NCBI RefSeq assembly: GCF_000143415.4
Contig: NW_003314299.1
Span: 1,038,063 to 1,102,062 of the forward strand
DNA length: 64,000 bases
Direction of reading: 5' to 3'
Origin: Selaginella moellendorffii
Taxonomy: Eukaryota > Plantae > Lycopodiophyta
Shown here: in pieces, positions 12,215 through 24,612 of the stretch
Layout: each line of letters opens with the position of its first letter
Position numbering within the stretch: the first letter of the stretch is position 1
Made by a program: the position numbers and the translations under genes
The notes under the pieces: model-generated
Seen by the model: the letters and a program-made list of their open reading frames with translations, nothing else
Told to the model about the DNA's origin: nothing
Database searches by the model: none

Positions 12215-13350
12215 TTAATTTAACATCATGATTTTAGTCCTATCATTTTATAAGTTTCTTAAATTGGATTTATTGGAATATCACTCAATCTCAGTATAAA
12301 TCAAACTAAAGGACACTTTATAATTTAAGACCAAGTTAAAAGGATAGCAAGAAGATCTTCATTCACAATATTCATGAACTTTAATTTCATTGCCTTATCA
12401 TCTATAAAATTATATTTTACAAAGATGCTAATAAATATGGTTATAATAGCTAGATCCTAAAGTTTATATCCTTTACAACTAGAAACTTTTTGCTCTTAGG
12501 ATCAAACTTTTTATGTAGCTAATTTAAGATGCAAGTAAAAGTTAAACATATAGAATGTAATATGTTAGACTTCCTTTCAGACTACACTTCTTTTAGAGTC
12601 TACCTACCTTTAAACACAATAATGAGTAATTAATTTTGGACATGCATCACTATAACAAATGTTTGTTGTCAAAATTCTTTACTCAACTTCACATTAAAAA
12701 GGAGGTTATATGCTACATTCACTAATGTTTAATTCTTTCATTTAACAACTCCATTTTGATGTTGTATGTACCATGTAGTGACTTGATATTAAATCTTATA
12801 TTCATGGCAAAAATCTTAAATTTCCTCTATCGATTCATAATATTTTGATTTTTCATTTAAACTTCATTTTAAAAAAAGTAATATAATGTTTCAATGCTTC
12901 CATAATTTCATCCTTTCCACATGAAGAATATGCAAATTTTGTGGCTAAAGTCATTAATGACAGTCCATGAAGTACTTTGCACCAAAATGGCTAAGAATAT
13001 CCATCAACCCTCAATGGTGCAGAAGACTTACAAAAGTTTTATATGATTGTACCCTTGAGATCCAAACCCTTCACCATATGCTTTGCAACTGCAAAACTTT
13101 GTGATTCATGTGTCTAAAGCAATAATGCTAAAGATGATTTTTGTCATTAGACACTTACTTAACATTTGTAACTTGCTACTTGTGAGAGGACACTTCATAC
13201 CCACAGAATAATTTCTTCTCAATAAGTCAAAAGGTGTGTTTATCTATGAAGAAATATTCACTATCAAATATCAATACAATGTTGTTAATGCACTTTAGCT
13301 AGTGATATTTAGACATTCCTTGCTTAAATAGCCTTTATATTTTCTATTAT
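12215..13350 (-). mobile_element. Degenerate Ty1/copia integrase relic
   Basis: Minus-strand traces such as KFDPKSKK and the region around the catalytic Glu, with many stop codons. Confidence 0.5.
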
Positions 13351-14783
13351 ATAGATGCTAACAAGATTGGAAGACGAGAAAGCATGTATTTAGGAGAAAG
13401 GATGCAAGGTAGAAGAGAAGAAGGTGAAGGTGGTTGAGAAAGCTTGTATTATAGAAGAGAAAAAGGTTGAAAATTTTTGCTGTGCACAAGAAAAAGAAGA
13501 TAAAGTGACAAGAAAAAAAGCATTTACCTGAAGAGAAGAAAGGGGAGGCAATCAAAAAGAAAATGCTAACTAAAGTGAAGCAATTGAAAGACAACTACCT
13601 CAGAAATGCAGCCTTGAAGAAACCAAAACGAAGGCACATCTTGCAGATTCTGGATTCCCCTGAAGAATGGAAGGCAACTTGTACTGCTTAAGAGGTATGA
13701 GTTCAGCCAAATTTAGAAATCTATTAATGACTTTCTTGGAGTTCCAAACAAACCCATCTGGATTTCTTCACTATTTTTCAGCCAAATCTATCAAAATTTA
13801 CCTATTCTTAGTAGTCTTTCTTGATGGATCTTCATTTAGGGCATAGCCAAGAGCTTGCCACGCGCCATCACGGGCCAAGAGGCAATCATAAGTTATGGCC
13901 AAAGAACAATAGTTTTCCTATTAAATATCTTTTTAATCAAATATCAAACCATTCTTAAAATTAAACATGGCCCAGAATAACGGCTGTTTCTTGTCTCACA
14001 GGGATCTTACAGTTGGGAGTTCCCTGTTTGCAGTCAACCTAATCAGACATGGCACAGAAGCCCATGCCAAGCCAAAGAAGCTCTCTTCAGCACAAAAGTT
14101 ATATCACAGACCAATACTTAGTGAATTAAATACAAAACATAGATGTTTGTAGAGTAATTATATTTGTGTAATGTCAGGCGGCAAACTCAAGTTCTGCTCC
14201 TCTGACAAGGGGTGGGTTAAAATCCCACTTCTGACAAGTTTCTTTGACTTTGAATCGGTGGAACCGTCAATTCCATGTCACAAACAAATTATTCGACATA
14301 AAGTACGAAACTGGGAAGAGATTACTAGCCAGCTCACGCAAAAAAAAATTATTTTGAGGGCGTGGGGTGAGCTCGAAGCAGCAATGAACCCACCATCCCG
14401 CCAACCGTTGTGCTGAAGAACAGATCCGGAGCTACATTGGCTTTGCTCGGTTGTGTATTTAAGACTGACAAGTTAATAAGCAGAGAGAAAATTGAAGTCG
14501 AATGACTAGAATCTAGATATTATCCTCAACAAAAGGTACGCATGAGGTGGCCTCAGTAACGTGGCTAGTTTCAGGGCGGTGCCATCATCTGTTCAAACCT
14601 CAAAACTCAACTCAACTGTTGAAAATTGTGTGGCAGAGTTAAAAATTTTTGAGACAACAGGTGAATTTTTATGTCACTAAACAGATTAAGGAGACAAGGT
14701 GTCAAACACATTGAACGAGATTCCTTATTCGAATCATACAGATAGTAGTTACTACAGGATTACACGAGAGAGATCCCAATTAC

Positions 14784-15029
14784 CTAGGGTGAAGCACAGC
14801 GGATTCTAGAGCAAGTCCCTTGTAATTCCTCGACCGTGCTTTGGAGGCGAGGACAGTAGTCCGCCTTGGGTCTGAGCGCAGGGCAACAGGCACAGATATT
14901 CCCGCCTCTACGACAAGGAATTGGAAGCGAATCGATGCAGCCCTGAGCCGATGCCTGATTGTTGCCAACAAGGACAAGCAACAGGAAACATATTGCAGCA
15001 ACAAGACTTGCCAAATGTGAAGCCCTCAT
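14784..15029 (-). CDS. Small secreted cysteine-rich peptide (81 aa, 8 Cys in the mature part)
   Basis: True ATG, hydrophobic signal peptide ending ASA|Q, eight Cys in the ~53-aa mature region, TTTAAATA element ~40 nt upstream. Confidence 0.7.
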   Translation of the reverse strand: MRASHLASLVAAICFLLLVLVGNNQASAQGCIDSLPIPCRRGGNICACCPALRPKADYCPRLQSTVEELQGTCSRIRCASP

Positions 15030-15230
15030 CTTTTGCTACACAGAGGAGTTTCACAATGGGACTTGGAGTATTTAAAGAAACTTTGAGCCGCCTCTATAGA
15101 CTTTGGCAACTCTCCCGTCAAGTCAAGTTACGCCGCCACGTCGTTTAAACCATTTAGTCAACAAAGTCAGCGCTACTAGTCCAGGGTTCGAATCCCTACG
15201 CCCCAGCGTAAGAACCCTAGTCACACCACG

Positions 15231-16732
15231 ATGAAGGCGCCTATCGCGCTCGCGAGGGGCGGGGGATTGGGGCTGGCGGCTGTCGCCTACATTCTCGTGG
15301 ATTATCTCCGTGTCGTGGCGCCGGGGCTGCACGACGCGCTGCGGCCGATTCTCTGGGGATCGCTCGCGCTTGGAGCTGCATCGCGAGCTCCGTGGTACCC
15401 TCACTGGCCCGCGGAGATCCGGAGCGCGCTTCTCTTCGTCGCCTGCCTTGTTTTCATGCTCTCCTGCCTCGTCGTCGAGGCGATCTCTGTCCAGTTCGTG
15501 ACGAGCGTCCTCGGGCTGGATTGGCACGGGTAAGAAACTATAGGCAGAAGCGAAATATTTGTGGTCTGATGGCTATGCGTTTTGCCAGATCCGCGAAACC
15601 TCTACCGGATATGGGGCAGTGGCTCTTGCTGGCTCTCAACGAGCGCCTCCCGGGATTTCTCGTCGAGGTTCTGCGAGCACCGATCATAGGTTTGCACCAT
15701 TACCTCATGCTCTTTATAATGCTGGGATTCTCCGTGCTCTTTGGATGCGTTAGAGCTCCGGGGCTCGCGCTGGGTGCCAGATATCTTTTCACAATGGGTG
15801 TTGGAAGGCTTCTCAGGGTGGTCACGTTTCTCGGGACTATACTCCCTTCTGCGAGGCCCTGGTGTGCTAGAGCAAGATTTAGAGTCCCTGACCATCCTCA
15901 TCCTTGGGCACAGAAATACTATGTTCCTTACTCTTCTGATCCAAGCGCGATCGCTCGGCTCCTACGTGAAGACTCGGCCTACGGTAGGAGAAGAGTGTTC
16001 CTTGTTTCCGTCTTAATGGTGTATTTTTTTCCGCAGATCAAGCAGCTGAGTACCCAGCTGAGTACGTTCCAAACTGGGGACGAATGCATTTCCTAGCCAA
16101 CTTTCTCAGGCCGGTTGATCCAAATGCCGCCAACTTCAAAGAGGAATCCTGGTTCAACACTTTGAAGAGAGCTGGAGGAGGCTGCAACGATCTCGTTTTC
16201 AGCGGCCACATTCTCGTTTCAGTGCTCACTGCCATGGCATGGACTGTAAGTACAAGGATCAATTTTTATTTTTTTTCCATGTTTTCTTGTTCTCAAGTGA
16301 CTACCCTCTCAGGAAGCCTACCCGGGATGGTCTTCGGTTTTCATCTGGCTTCTTGTCGCACACTCGTCGCAGCGAGAGATACGAGAGCGGCATCACTACA
16401 GTGTGGATGTCGTGTCTGGCATCTATGTGGGGATTCTACTCTGGAGGACAACTGGTTTCATCTGGTCAGCTGTAGACAGGCATTGGTCTCGTGGAGTGGA
16501 TCTGGAACTGACGCAGATCGAGGACGGACTGGCCAAGGCCGCCAAGGATGCAGACCTGGACAAGATCCGGGTTCTAGTTGAGCAGCTTCAGTCGCTCAGA
16601 CAGGGAAAGGAATCAAGCCAGCCGAAGAAGTCCGAGCCTTCACAGCGAGTACTTTGGGTGTTTGGAGGCAGTATTCTAGTGTCTACTTTAGGCTTGGTGC
16701 TGCTAGCATTCAGCTGGACTGCAGACGGGTAG
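15231..16732 (+). CDS. Sphingomyelin-synthase-like / PAP2-superfamily membrane phosphotransferase (exons 15231-15529, 15589-15983, 16037-16245, 16313-16732; ~440 aa)
   Basis: PLPDMG, GRLLRVVTF..TILPS, GGGCNDLVFSGH and RHHYSVDV catalytic motifs; multiple TM segments; three in-frame GT-AG introns. Confidence 0.9.
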
Positions 16733-16800
16733 GAAACAAACGGCACTACAGGGTCTAGGGTAATGGCAGTTCTCGGCTTCTGATCGAAGCCCATGCTGGG

Positions 16801-19560
16801 ATGCACTGCCGGAGGTTTGGTTCTCTGAAAGACCCAAGAGCAAAGATATCCAAGTTGCTGGCTGCGCTTAAAGAGTCTACTAGAGCAAGGGATTTGGAAA
16901 GAGGCAAGATAATCCATGCAGAAGCCGCTGAGACAGGAGAGGAGTTGAACACGTTCGTGGCTAGCTCGCTCATCAATATGTATGCCAAATGTGGGAGCAT
17001 GGAGGATGCTCGCAAGGTCTTTGATAAGTCTTCTCCACAGGACGTGTTTCTATGGACAGCGCTGTTGTCTGGGTATGTTGAAAGCGGGGAAGCCGAGATA
17101 GCTCTGGGGTTGTTCTCGCGGATGAAGGCAAGCAGGTGTGAACCGAGTGGCCATACTTACGCTGCAGTTCTCAAGGCCTGCTCCAGCGTAGCTAGCAAAG
17201 AAGTTGGCAGTCAAGTCGAAGGAAGGGTCGTGAAGCTTGCTGCTTTGCGGCAAGGGATGGGTGTTCATCGCGAAGCTGCCAAGAGAGGCTGCGTTGATAT
17301 GGTGGTGGCGAATATGTTGGTGGATACGTATGCAAGATGTGGGAGCTTGTGGGACTCTCGAGGTGTTTTTGACCAGATGCGATATCACGATGTGGTGTCG
17401 TGGACGTCACTGGTCTGGGGTTATGCACAACATGAGGAGTTTGAAGTGGCCTTGGAACTCTTCTCGTGCATGATGACAACAAGGTGTGTACCGAATGCTC
17501 GTTCTTTTGTGGTCGCGCTAAAGGCGTGCTCTGGTATGGCAGTGAACAAAGACTCCAAGCAGGAAACGCTGGAAACAGGAAGAGCTATTCACTCACACGC
17601 AACAAAGTTGGGATTGGACTCTGAGGTAGCCGTGCGGAGCTGCTTAATCGAGATGTACTTTCAGTGTGGAAGCGTGGAGGATGCTCGGAAAGTCTTCGAG
17701 AGTACTCAGAACCATGACGTCGCGTCATGGAACACAATGCTGCTGGGATATGCTCGGGATGGTGAGGAAGAAGCGGCTTTCCAGCTATTCGAGCGGATGA
17801 AGTCAACTGGCATACATCCAAACTCTCAGACGTATTTGGCTGCACTCAGAGCCTGCACAAACGTCATAGCAAGAGAAGAAGCGAAGCAGGGCGACTTGAA
17901 GGTGGTGGCTTTGGCGAAAGGCATTGAGATTCACTCGGGAGCCGAGAAGAATGGACTCGTCTCAGACAAGCTGGTGGCAAGCAGTCTCATCGACATGTAC
18001 GCGAAATGCGGGGAGATGAGGGAGGCTCGGCGTACTTTCGACCGTTTACAGCAGCGTGACGTGGTGGTGTGGACGACTTTGATACTGGGATACACTCAGA
18101 ACGGTCAGCCGCAGTTAGCTCTTCATCTGTACGAGCAGATGCTTGAGACGGGAGGCTGTGTACCGGATTCCCAATGCTTCGTTGCGGCACTCAAGGCGTG
18201 TATTCTCCTCGCGACGAAAAACGAGCAGTCTTCAAAGGCTTTATCTCTGGAGAAAGGCTCGTTTATCGGCTCTCAAGCTGCGAAAGCTGGCTGTGAGTCC
18301 GATGCGTTTGTGGGAGCCGCGCTGGTCGACTTGTACACAAGGTGTGGCAGCATGGACAATGCTCGGCACGTCTTCGACAAGCTGCACAGTCCCGGTGCGG
18401 TCTCCTGGACGTCGATGATAGCTGGATATGCTCAGAAGGGACAGTGCGAGGTGGCTATCCAGGAATTCTATCGGATGCAACTGGAGGGCTGTTTACCAGT
18501 GACGCAGACTTACATTGCGGCACTCAAGGCATGCAGTGGCCAGGCAGTGAAGGAAGAGAGCAGGCGCGAAGATGGAAGGCTTCTCAAAGTCCAGTCTTTG
18601 AAACGAACCAGGGTGGTACACTCCCAAGCTACAGCCACAGGATTCGGCCTCGACGCTTACGTTGCAAGCACGCTGGTGGATTCGTACTCGAAGTGTGGGA
18701 GCATGTTCGATGCGCACAGAGTCTGTGCCAGCACTGAGGACAGCGTGGTTGCTTGGACGGCTTTGGTCCTCGGCTACGTCCAAAACTCGGACAGTGAAGC
18801 GGCTCTGGAAGCGTTTGCAGAGATGCGATCCCGAGGCTGTCAACCGGACTCCCAGCTCCTGGGTGCCGTGCTCAAGGCCTGCAGCGACGTTGCAGCGGTG
18901 GAAGGCGGCAGAGAAGTCCATGCATTGGTTCTCAGGCGTGGATTCGAGAGCAATGCCGAGATCACGAACGCTCTGGTGGACCTGTATGGGAAGTCCGGAT
19001 TGATGCTGGAAGCTCAGCACCTCTTCGACTCCATCCCGGCATGCAAAAGCATCGAGACTTGGACGACGCTGATGGGAGGTTACAGCCGGCTGGGAGACGC
19101 AAATCGTGTCTTTGATCTCCTTCACGCGATCCAGGAGAGCGGAGTGAAGCCGGACGGGATCACTTTCACGTATGTGCTCGCGGCTTGCAGCCATGCCGGG
19201 CTAGTCCGCCAGGGAACCGACTATTTCCGGCTCATGGTTTCCAAGTACCGCGTGGAGGCCGAGCTGGAACACTACCACGGCATGATCGATTTGCTTGGGC
19301 GAGCTAACCGATTGGAGGAGGCTGTAGAGGTGGTGAGATCGATGCGGCTCCAGCCAACGGCAGTGACTTGGATGACGCTGCTGAGCTCGTGCAAGAAGTG
19401 GAAGAACGTTTGCATCGCGGAGCTCGCGTTCGGATCGCTGCTGGAGCTCGACCAGAGGCACGCCGCGGCTCACGTCTTGATGGGAAACATCTATGCGAGC
19501 GTGGGGATGTGGGAAAAGAAGCACAAAATACTTCATTCTGGTTTAGCTCAAGACGGCTAG
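16801..19560 (+). CDS. PLS-class PPR protein, E subgroup, no DYW (919 aa)
   Basis: Repeated SLI.MY.KCG..EDAR.VF / DVV.WT..I.GY triplets, ACSHAGL, EHYHGMIDLLGRA, E motifs (WMTLLSSC, HVLMGNIYA). Confidence 0.93.
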   Translation: MHCRRFGSLKDPRAKISKLLAALKESTRARDLERGKIIHAEAAETGEELNTFVASSLINMYAKCGSMEDARKVFDKSSPQDVFLWTALLSGYVESGEAEIALGLFSRMKASRCEPSGHTYAAVLKACSSVASKEVGSQVEGRVVKLAALRQGMGVHREAAKRGCVDMVVANMLVDTYARCGSLWDSRGVFDQMRYHDVVSWTSLVWGYAQHEEFEVALELFSCMMTTRCVPNARSFVVALKACSGMAVNKDSKQETLETGRAIHSHATKLGLDSEVAVRSCLIEMYFQCGSVEDARKVFESTQNHDVASWNTMLLGYARDGEEEAAFQLFERMKSTGIHPNSQTYLAALRACTNVIAREEAKQGDLKVVALAKGIEIHSGAEKNGLVSDKLVASSLIDMYAKCGEMREARRTFDRLQQRDVVVWTTLILGYTQNGQPQLALHLYEQMLETGGCVPDSQCFVAALKACILLATKNEQSSKALSLEKGSFIGSQAAKAGCESDAFVGAALVDLYTRCGSMDNARHVFDKLHSPGAVSWTSMIAGYAQKGQCEVAIQEFYRMQLEGCLPVTQTYIAALKACSGQAVKEESRREDGRLLKVQSLKRTRVVHSQATATGFGLDAYVASTLVDSYSKCGSMFDAHRVCASTEDSVVAWTALVLGYVQNSDSEAALEAFAEMRSRGCQPDSQLLGAVLKACSDVAAVEGGREVHALVLRRGFESNAEITNALVDLYGKSGLMLEAQHLFDSIPACKSIETWTTLMGGYSRLGDANRVFDLLHAIQESGVKPDGITFTYVLAACSHAGLVRQGTDYFRLMVSKYRVEAELEHYHGMIDLLGRANRLEEAVEVVRSMRLQPTAVTWMTLLSSCKKWKNVCIAELAFGSLLELDQRHAAAHVLMGNIYASVGMWEKKHKILHSGLAQDG

Positions 19561-19679
19561 AACTCGATCATCACGTCTATGCGATCACCACCGGAAAAAC
19601 GAGCATCATGATCTGATCCATCTTACATTGGCTCTACCATCTCTCTGAAGATGAAAAAGAAAAACCATTAAACTACTTT

Positions 19680-19721
19680 TGTCAGGAGTGGGATTTGAAC
19701 CCACGCCCTCGCTATCCTGAC
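19680..19721 (-). pseudogene. Internally deleted tRNA-Leu-like gene (acceptor stem + T arm only)
   Basis: Reverse complement GTCAGGATAGCGAGGGCGTGGGTTCAAATCCCACTCCTGACA: both ends of a plant tRNA-Leu are present, the D and anticodon arms are missing. Confidence 0.75.
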
Positions 19722-20452
19722 ATTACATAACATAATTAATCTGCTAGAAGGACAATTGTACGCATGCGTACTCTAAATTTGTATGTAAGGCCTAGCAATC
19801 CATTAGGCCCGCCACTTTTCACATTTGCATTGTCTTCTTCTTCTTCGTCTTCAAGTAGAAGGAAGCTCTCAAGTTTGGAAGGAGGCAACGTCAAGGTGGA
19901 TGGGGATTCAGTAGCTGTAGAACCAGCCTTTTGTTTTAGTGATATAAACCTTACAGAGATGGACGATTGGAGGAAGGAAGTCATGGCTCGAACATCAATA
20001 ATAATAACAGTATCAACATTATTATTAATTTCTTCTGCAAGACACGAGGCTAAAGATCATGATCACAAGGACAAGGATTATGGACACGAGGAGGAAGACA
20101 AGAGAGAAAATCCGTAGAATGTTATTCTCAGTACACGTTATCATCAGTACACACGATCCAGTGAGTAATAAAAAAGTCTGAACGCATTATATATACAAAT
20201 CAGCATCGCTGATTTATAGAAAGAATTTAAGTAAATTTTATATCGATAGCAATATTTAAATACTCGACTTTAAGAATATAATATAATATATCTTTGCTTT
20301 GTTACAGCTTCCTGGAGATCCCATCTGCAGACCTTCGTCGAGAGATCAGGCTCCAGTCCATGGCGCAAAACAACATGAAAACATTGCGGGATTCGAATGG
20401 CACTCAAACCGGTGAACGGCCGTATGCGCAATATTTAAATACTTGAGAAGGA

Positions 20453-22608
20453 TTAAGAATGTTTGTGCATGTTTGACAACAATACATATGGCCCAGAGCT
20501 GCTGGGATCGACCACCAGAGCATTTGCAGCGGCAAAACTCCTGGTTCGAGCCCCGGAACTCTTGCAGCTATCGAGAAAGCTCGTCCAAGCAGCAAAATCC
20601 GGCTCGAAAGGCATGCTGGCCATGAGATCCTCGGCCTCCGTCAGCCTCCCGGCCCGCCCCAGCAGATCAACCACGCAAGCATAGTGATCCACCCCGGGAA
20701 CTACGCCGTGATCCCCGATCATCCCCACGAAGCAGCTCCACACGTCCTCAAGGAGCCCTGCGTGGCCGCAGCAGCACAAGACACTCACGAAAGTTATCTC
20801 GTTTGGCGCCACCCCGTCCGCCACCATTTCCCGAAACACCGCCACCCCAAAACCCGCGAGCTCGTTCCGCGCAAACGCGGCGATGAGCGCGTTCCACAGC
20901 GCGGCGTCTCGTAGCGGGCCGGTACGGAAGGCCTCGGCCGCGTCCGGCAGCGCGCCGGAGCGGCCGTACGCGTGGACCAGCGCGCTGGCCACGGCGCCGT
21001 TGGATTGGAATCCGGCGTCGACGATCCCGTCGTGGACGGTGCGGATGGACTCGAGGCTGACGCACGCGTCCACCGCGCTGACGTACGTCACCGCGCTGGG
21101 TTTGAGGCCGAGGACGTCCATCTCGGCCAGCACCGCCAGCGCCTCCTTGCCATGCCCGTTCTGCGAATATGCCGTCAGCATCGCGCTCCAGGCGATGACG
21201 TCCGGCAAGGATATTCCGTCAAACACTTCCCGCGCGGTGTCAATACGGCCGCACCTGCCGTACATCGTCACCACCGCGGTGGCCAGGATGACGCTGGGCG
21301 GGAGGAGCGCGGCGCTGTGGGCTTGGGCGAGCTTGCCCTGCGCGAGATTGGAGGAATTCGCGCAAGCGTCCATGACGCTCACGAATGTCACCACGTTTGG
21401 CCGCTGGGATCCTTCCAGATTCATCGCCCAGAACGTCTCCAGCGCCATTGCGGGATCCACGCGCGCGCGCGCGGAGATCATCACGTTCCAGGACATTGTG
21501 TTGCGGCGGTGGCGATCGCCCAGCGCCGCGAACATCGCCTCCGCAGCCGCAAGCTCCCCGCACTCGCCATAGAGGTGGAGCAGCGCGTTGGCGACAATCA
21601 TCTCGCCCGCAAGCCCAGCTTCAATCGCGATGGCATGGGCTCCAATCCCAGCATCTAGATCGCCAGCGCTCGCCGCGGCATCCAGCACACAGATGATCGT
21701 GATGGCGCTAGCCTGAATTCCCTCCGAATTCATCCCGAAGAAGAGCTCCAGCGCCTCCCGATGGTTCCCCTGCTGCGCGTTCGCGGACAGGATAGCATTC
21801 CACGACACCACATTCCTCTCGGGCATCGCGGCAAAGGTCTCCCTCGCCTCCGCAAGGTGCCCGTTCTGGGCATACGCCGTAAGAACAGCAGTCCATCCAA
21901 TGACCGTTTTCTCTTCAAGAGAATCAAACGCGCGGCGAGCTTCCTCCACTCCGCCACACTTCCCATACATGTTGACGATCGAGTTTCTGATTTTGGAGTC
22001 CGATCCACATCTCTCCTCGATCACAATCTCGTGGATCTCTCGTGCCAGTTCCAGGCATCCTTGTCGAGCGCAAGCGTCTAGCATCGCCAGGAACGTCACG
22101 GCATCAGCTCGCACGCCGTCCAGGTCCATCCGGCAGAAAAGATCGATCGCCTCGCCGCAGTGGCCGCGCCGAGCGTAGCCCCCGATGATCGAGTTCCAGG
22201 CCACCACGTCGCGACTCGGCATCGCATCAAACACCGCCCTGGCGTCGCAGAGATCGCTGGCCTGGACGTGCGCCGCCACCAGGATCGTCCACGAGTAGAT
22301 GTTTGGCGAGGCGATGGCAGCGAAGGCGGCGCGCGCGTCTTCGATGCTCCCACATTTGCCATACATCTGGACGAGAAGATTGCCGAGGAATGGGCGGCGA
22401 TGGTGTCCGCTGGCAGTGATCTGGGCGTGGAGCAACCGGAGGGTGGCGAGGTCGCTGCATTGGCGGATATTGGAGGCAAAGTCTTGCTTCTTTGCCTCGT
22501 CCTGGCACGAGAAAACATTAAAACTTTTAATGGATTTGGAGCAGAGCTTACTCTAGGATGGGCCTCAGTTCCTCCTGCTGTCCTCGTACCAACAATCAAA
22601 CTAAGCAT
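20453..22608 (-). CDS. PLS-class PPR protein with short E domain, no DYW (main exon 22501-20453; putative exon 1 22608-22552)
   Basis: Typical P/L/S repeats, CGHAGL, DHYACVVDLLGRAG, YVLLSN. The track start at 22435 is TTG; a 50-nt GT-AG intron (22551-22502) links an upstream ATG in frame. The start is uncertain. Confidence 0.88.
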
Positions 22609-23177
22609 GACAATGATCTACCAAGAAACATCGTGGAGTGCAGTTTCAATCACATCGCCCCCTATGAAACATGATGTGACCAATTATACAAAATGTTTTA
22701 CATAGCTGTCCTGACATGAGCACCACAAATAAATAAAAAAATCGAACGCCATCCCTACTGTAAACAATCTTATATGTATTTTTCTATTATATCCATAGTT
22801 TATGGATGTAATCAGTTCCCAGCCACCAAGGAGCCATAGCTTTTGCCGTATTGACTTTTGGTCCAAAGGGATGTTTGAGTTTGGAAACATCATTGATACC
22901 AATGTTCTCGAAGCAAGGAGAACATTCGTTTATTGTCATAAGCATGACTGATTGGTTTATCTTCTAGAGTGTTCTGCATCTGGTCGTGTTTCTCGTCACC
23001 AGCCCTTTCTCGCCTGCCCTATAAAGATTGTGCCGAGTCATTGATAGCTACGGCTGGGCCGAGCGAGAGAAGGAGTCAAGAAATTCTGGAAGGTCGGCGT
23101 CTACCATCCAAATAAAACCTTCAAAAGCAAAATCTCAGTAGAACAAGTCGCTGAACAAACACAGCGCCAAACAAGAA

Positions 23178-24612
23178 TCATAACACAGCTGTGGTGAACT
23201 TCTGAAAGAGCTCGTTCTCGCACAGCTTGCGCATCTCTTCCCGGGGCAATGATACGAGCAATCGTCTGCTCCGGCCGCCCTTGGGCGTCGGAAGGACAAT
23301 TGCGACCCCATTCCCATACCACGGCTGCATGACAAGCGAATAATGCACGGGCCTCCCCATGCCAAGGTCAACTCCATAGACCGGAAACGTGTGCAAGCTG
23401 GTGCTGTAGACCCCGGTTCCTCCCACAAAGTCACAGTTGAAGTTGATCTTGCGGCCGCGAATGATCTCCAGCTCCATCCAGTCGATGGCCGACTGGATAT
23501 GCTCGGGCGTGGTGGTTCGAATATCCTGCCGGAAGAGCCGTGCCACGTACGAGACATGGTTGGACTTGATCTCTCCGGCGCTGGCTGACAGGCAAGGCGA
23601 GTGAGCCGAGTTGCCAATGTACGCGGCTGGGATTGGGGGGTTCCATCGGTTCTTGGCCTTGAGCGAGATGGCGTAGACGTAGGTGGTGAGAGTGGAGTCG
23701 GGGAGGCCTCGCGCCTCGGTCATGGCCTTCCAGATCATGGCGCAGGTGGCCTCGAACGAGCTCGGGGTGTCGAATCCGAAGGGGCCGGACTGGATCTCGC
23801 GGATAAGGCTGTCCACTTGCGGGGGATCCATCTCGAAGAGCTTGACGAGTGTCGGCTTGGCGGAGGCATTGTGTTCTTGGCTGGACTTGCCCATGGCATC
23901 AGTGGATGGCTTGGGCGACGATGTGTAGTCCCGGACTGGGATGGTGATTTGTGGCGGCTCCCGGGCTTTGAGGAGAGAGGAATCGAAGACTGGGGGAGTG
24001 AGATCTCGCGGGGAGGAGCCCTTGTGGATCTGTGACCAGCATCGCATGAATTCGAAGTAGGAAGATCCGTCGACGATGAGCTCGGCGGTCACAACTCCCA
24101 GCGCAATGCCGCCGCAGTTGAATCTCGTCAGCTGCAAATCGGAGTTAAAACAGAGTTGTCCTCCTTAAGGCTAACCTGGAATTTGAGAAGCGGCGAGTCG
24201 ACCGGATTGGTGATGTAAGTCTCACCGGGATTCAATTCGTGCTCAATCGAGCAGCGGGCGAGATCGCCCCAGTCGCTGAAACTTGCGTCGGCGGTGGCGA
24301 CAAGAAATGGCACCCCTCGATCGTTGCACTCGATTTCCAGCCGAGGTCCATTCTCGCGGACTCTGCCTGCAAACACATTGAACAAGACCAGAGTTTGCGA
24401 CAGCGATGCCTTCAAGCTGCTCGCGATCTCCTCGATCGGTTTCTCGTGCTGAGGGTCATCAATTGGGGCTGGCGGCGGGAAGTAGTAGACTTGCTTGGTG
24501 TAGTAATCGAAGGAGACATGGAGATCGAGATTGGAAAGCTTGTGAATTCGATTCATGGGCAAAGTGGGAGTGGCTGGAGTGACAGTGGAGACCAACAACA
24601 TGCTCACAACAC

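Noticed and set aside
15183-15197. AGGGTTCGAATCCCT T-loop/B-box upstream of the SMS-like gene
   Set aside because: No cloverleaf could be built around it; may be chance or a tiny remnant.
19736-20117. Short overlapping ORFs on both strands between the PPR genes
   Set aside because: Low complexity, no recognisable family, no convincing gene model.
23013-23083. Possible miRNA-like hairpin
   Set aside because: Pairing beyond the basal stem is too imperfect and I recognise no mature miRNA.
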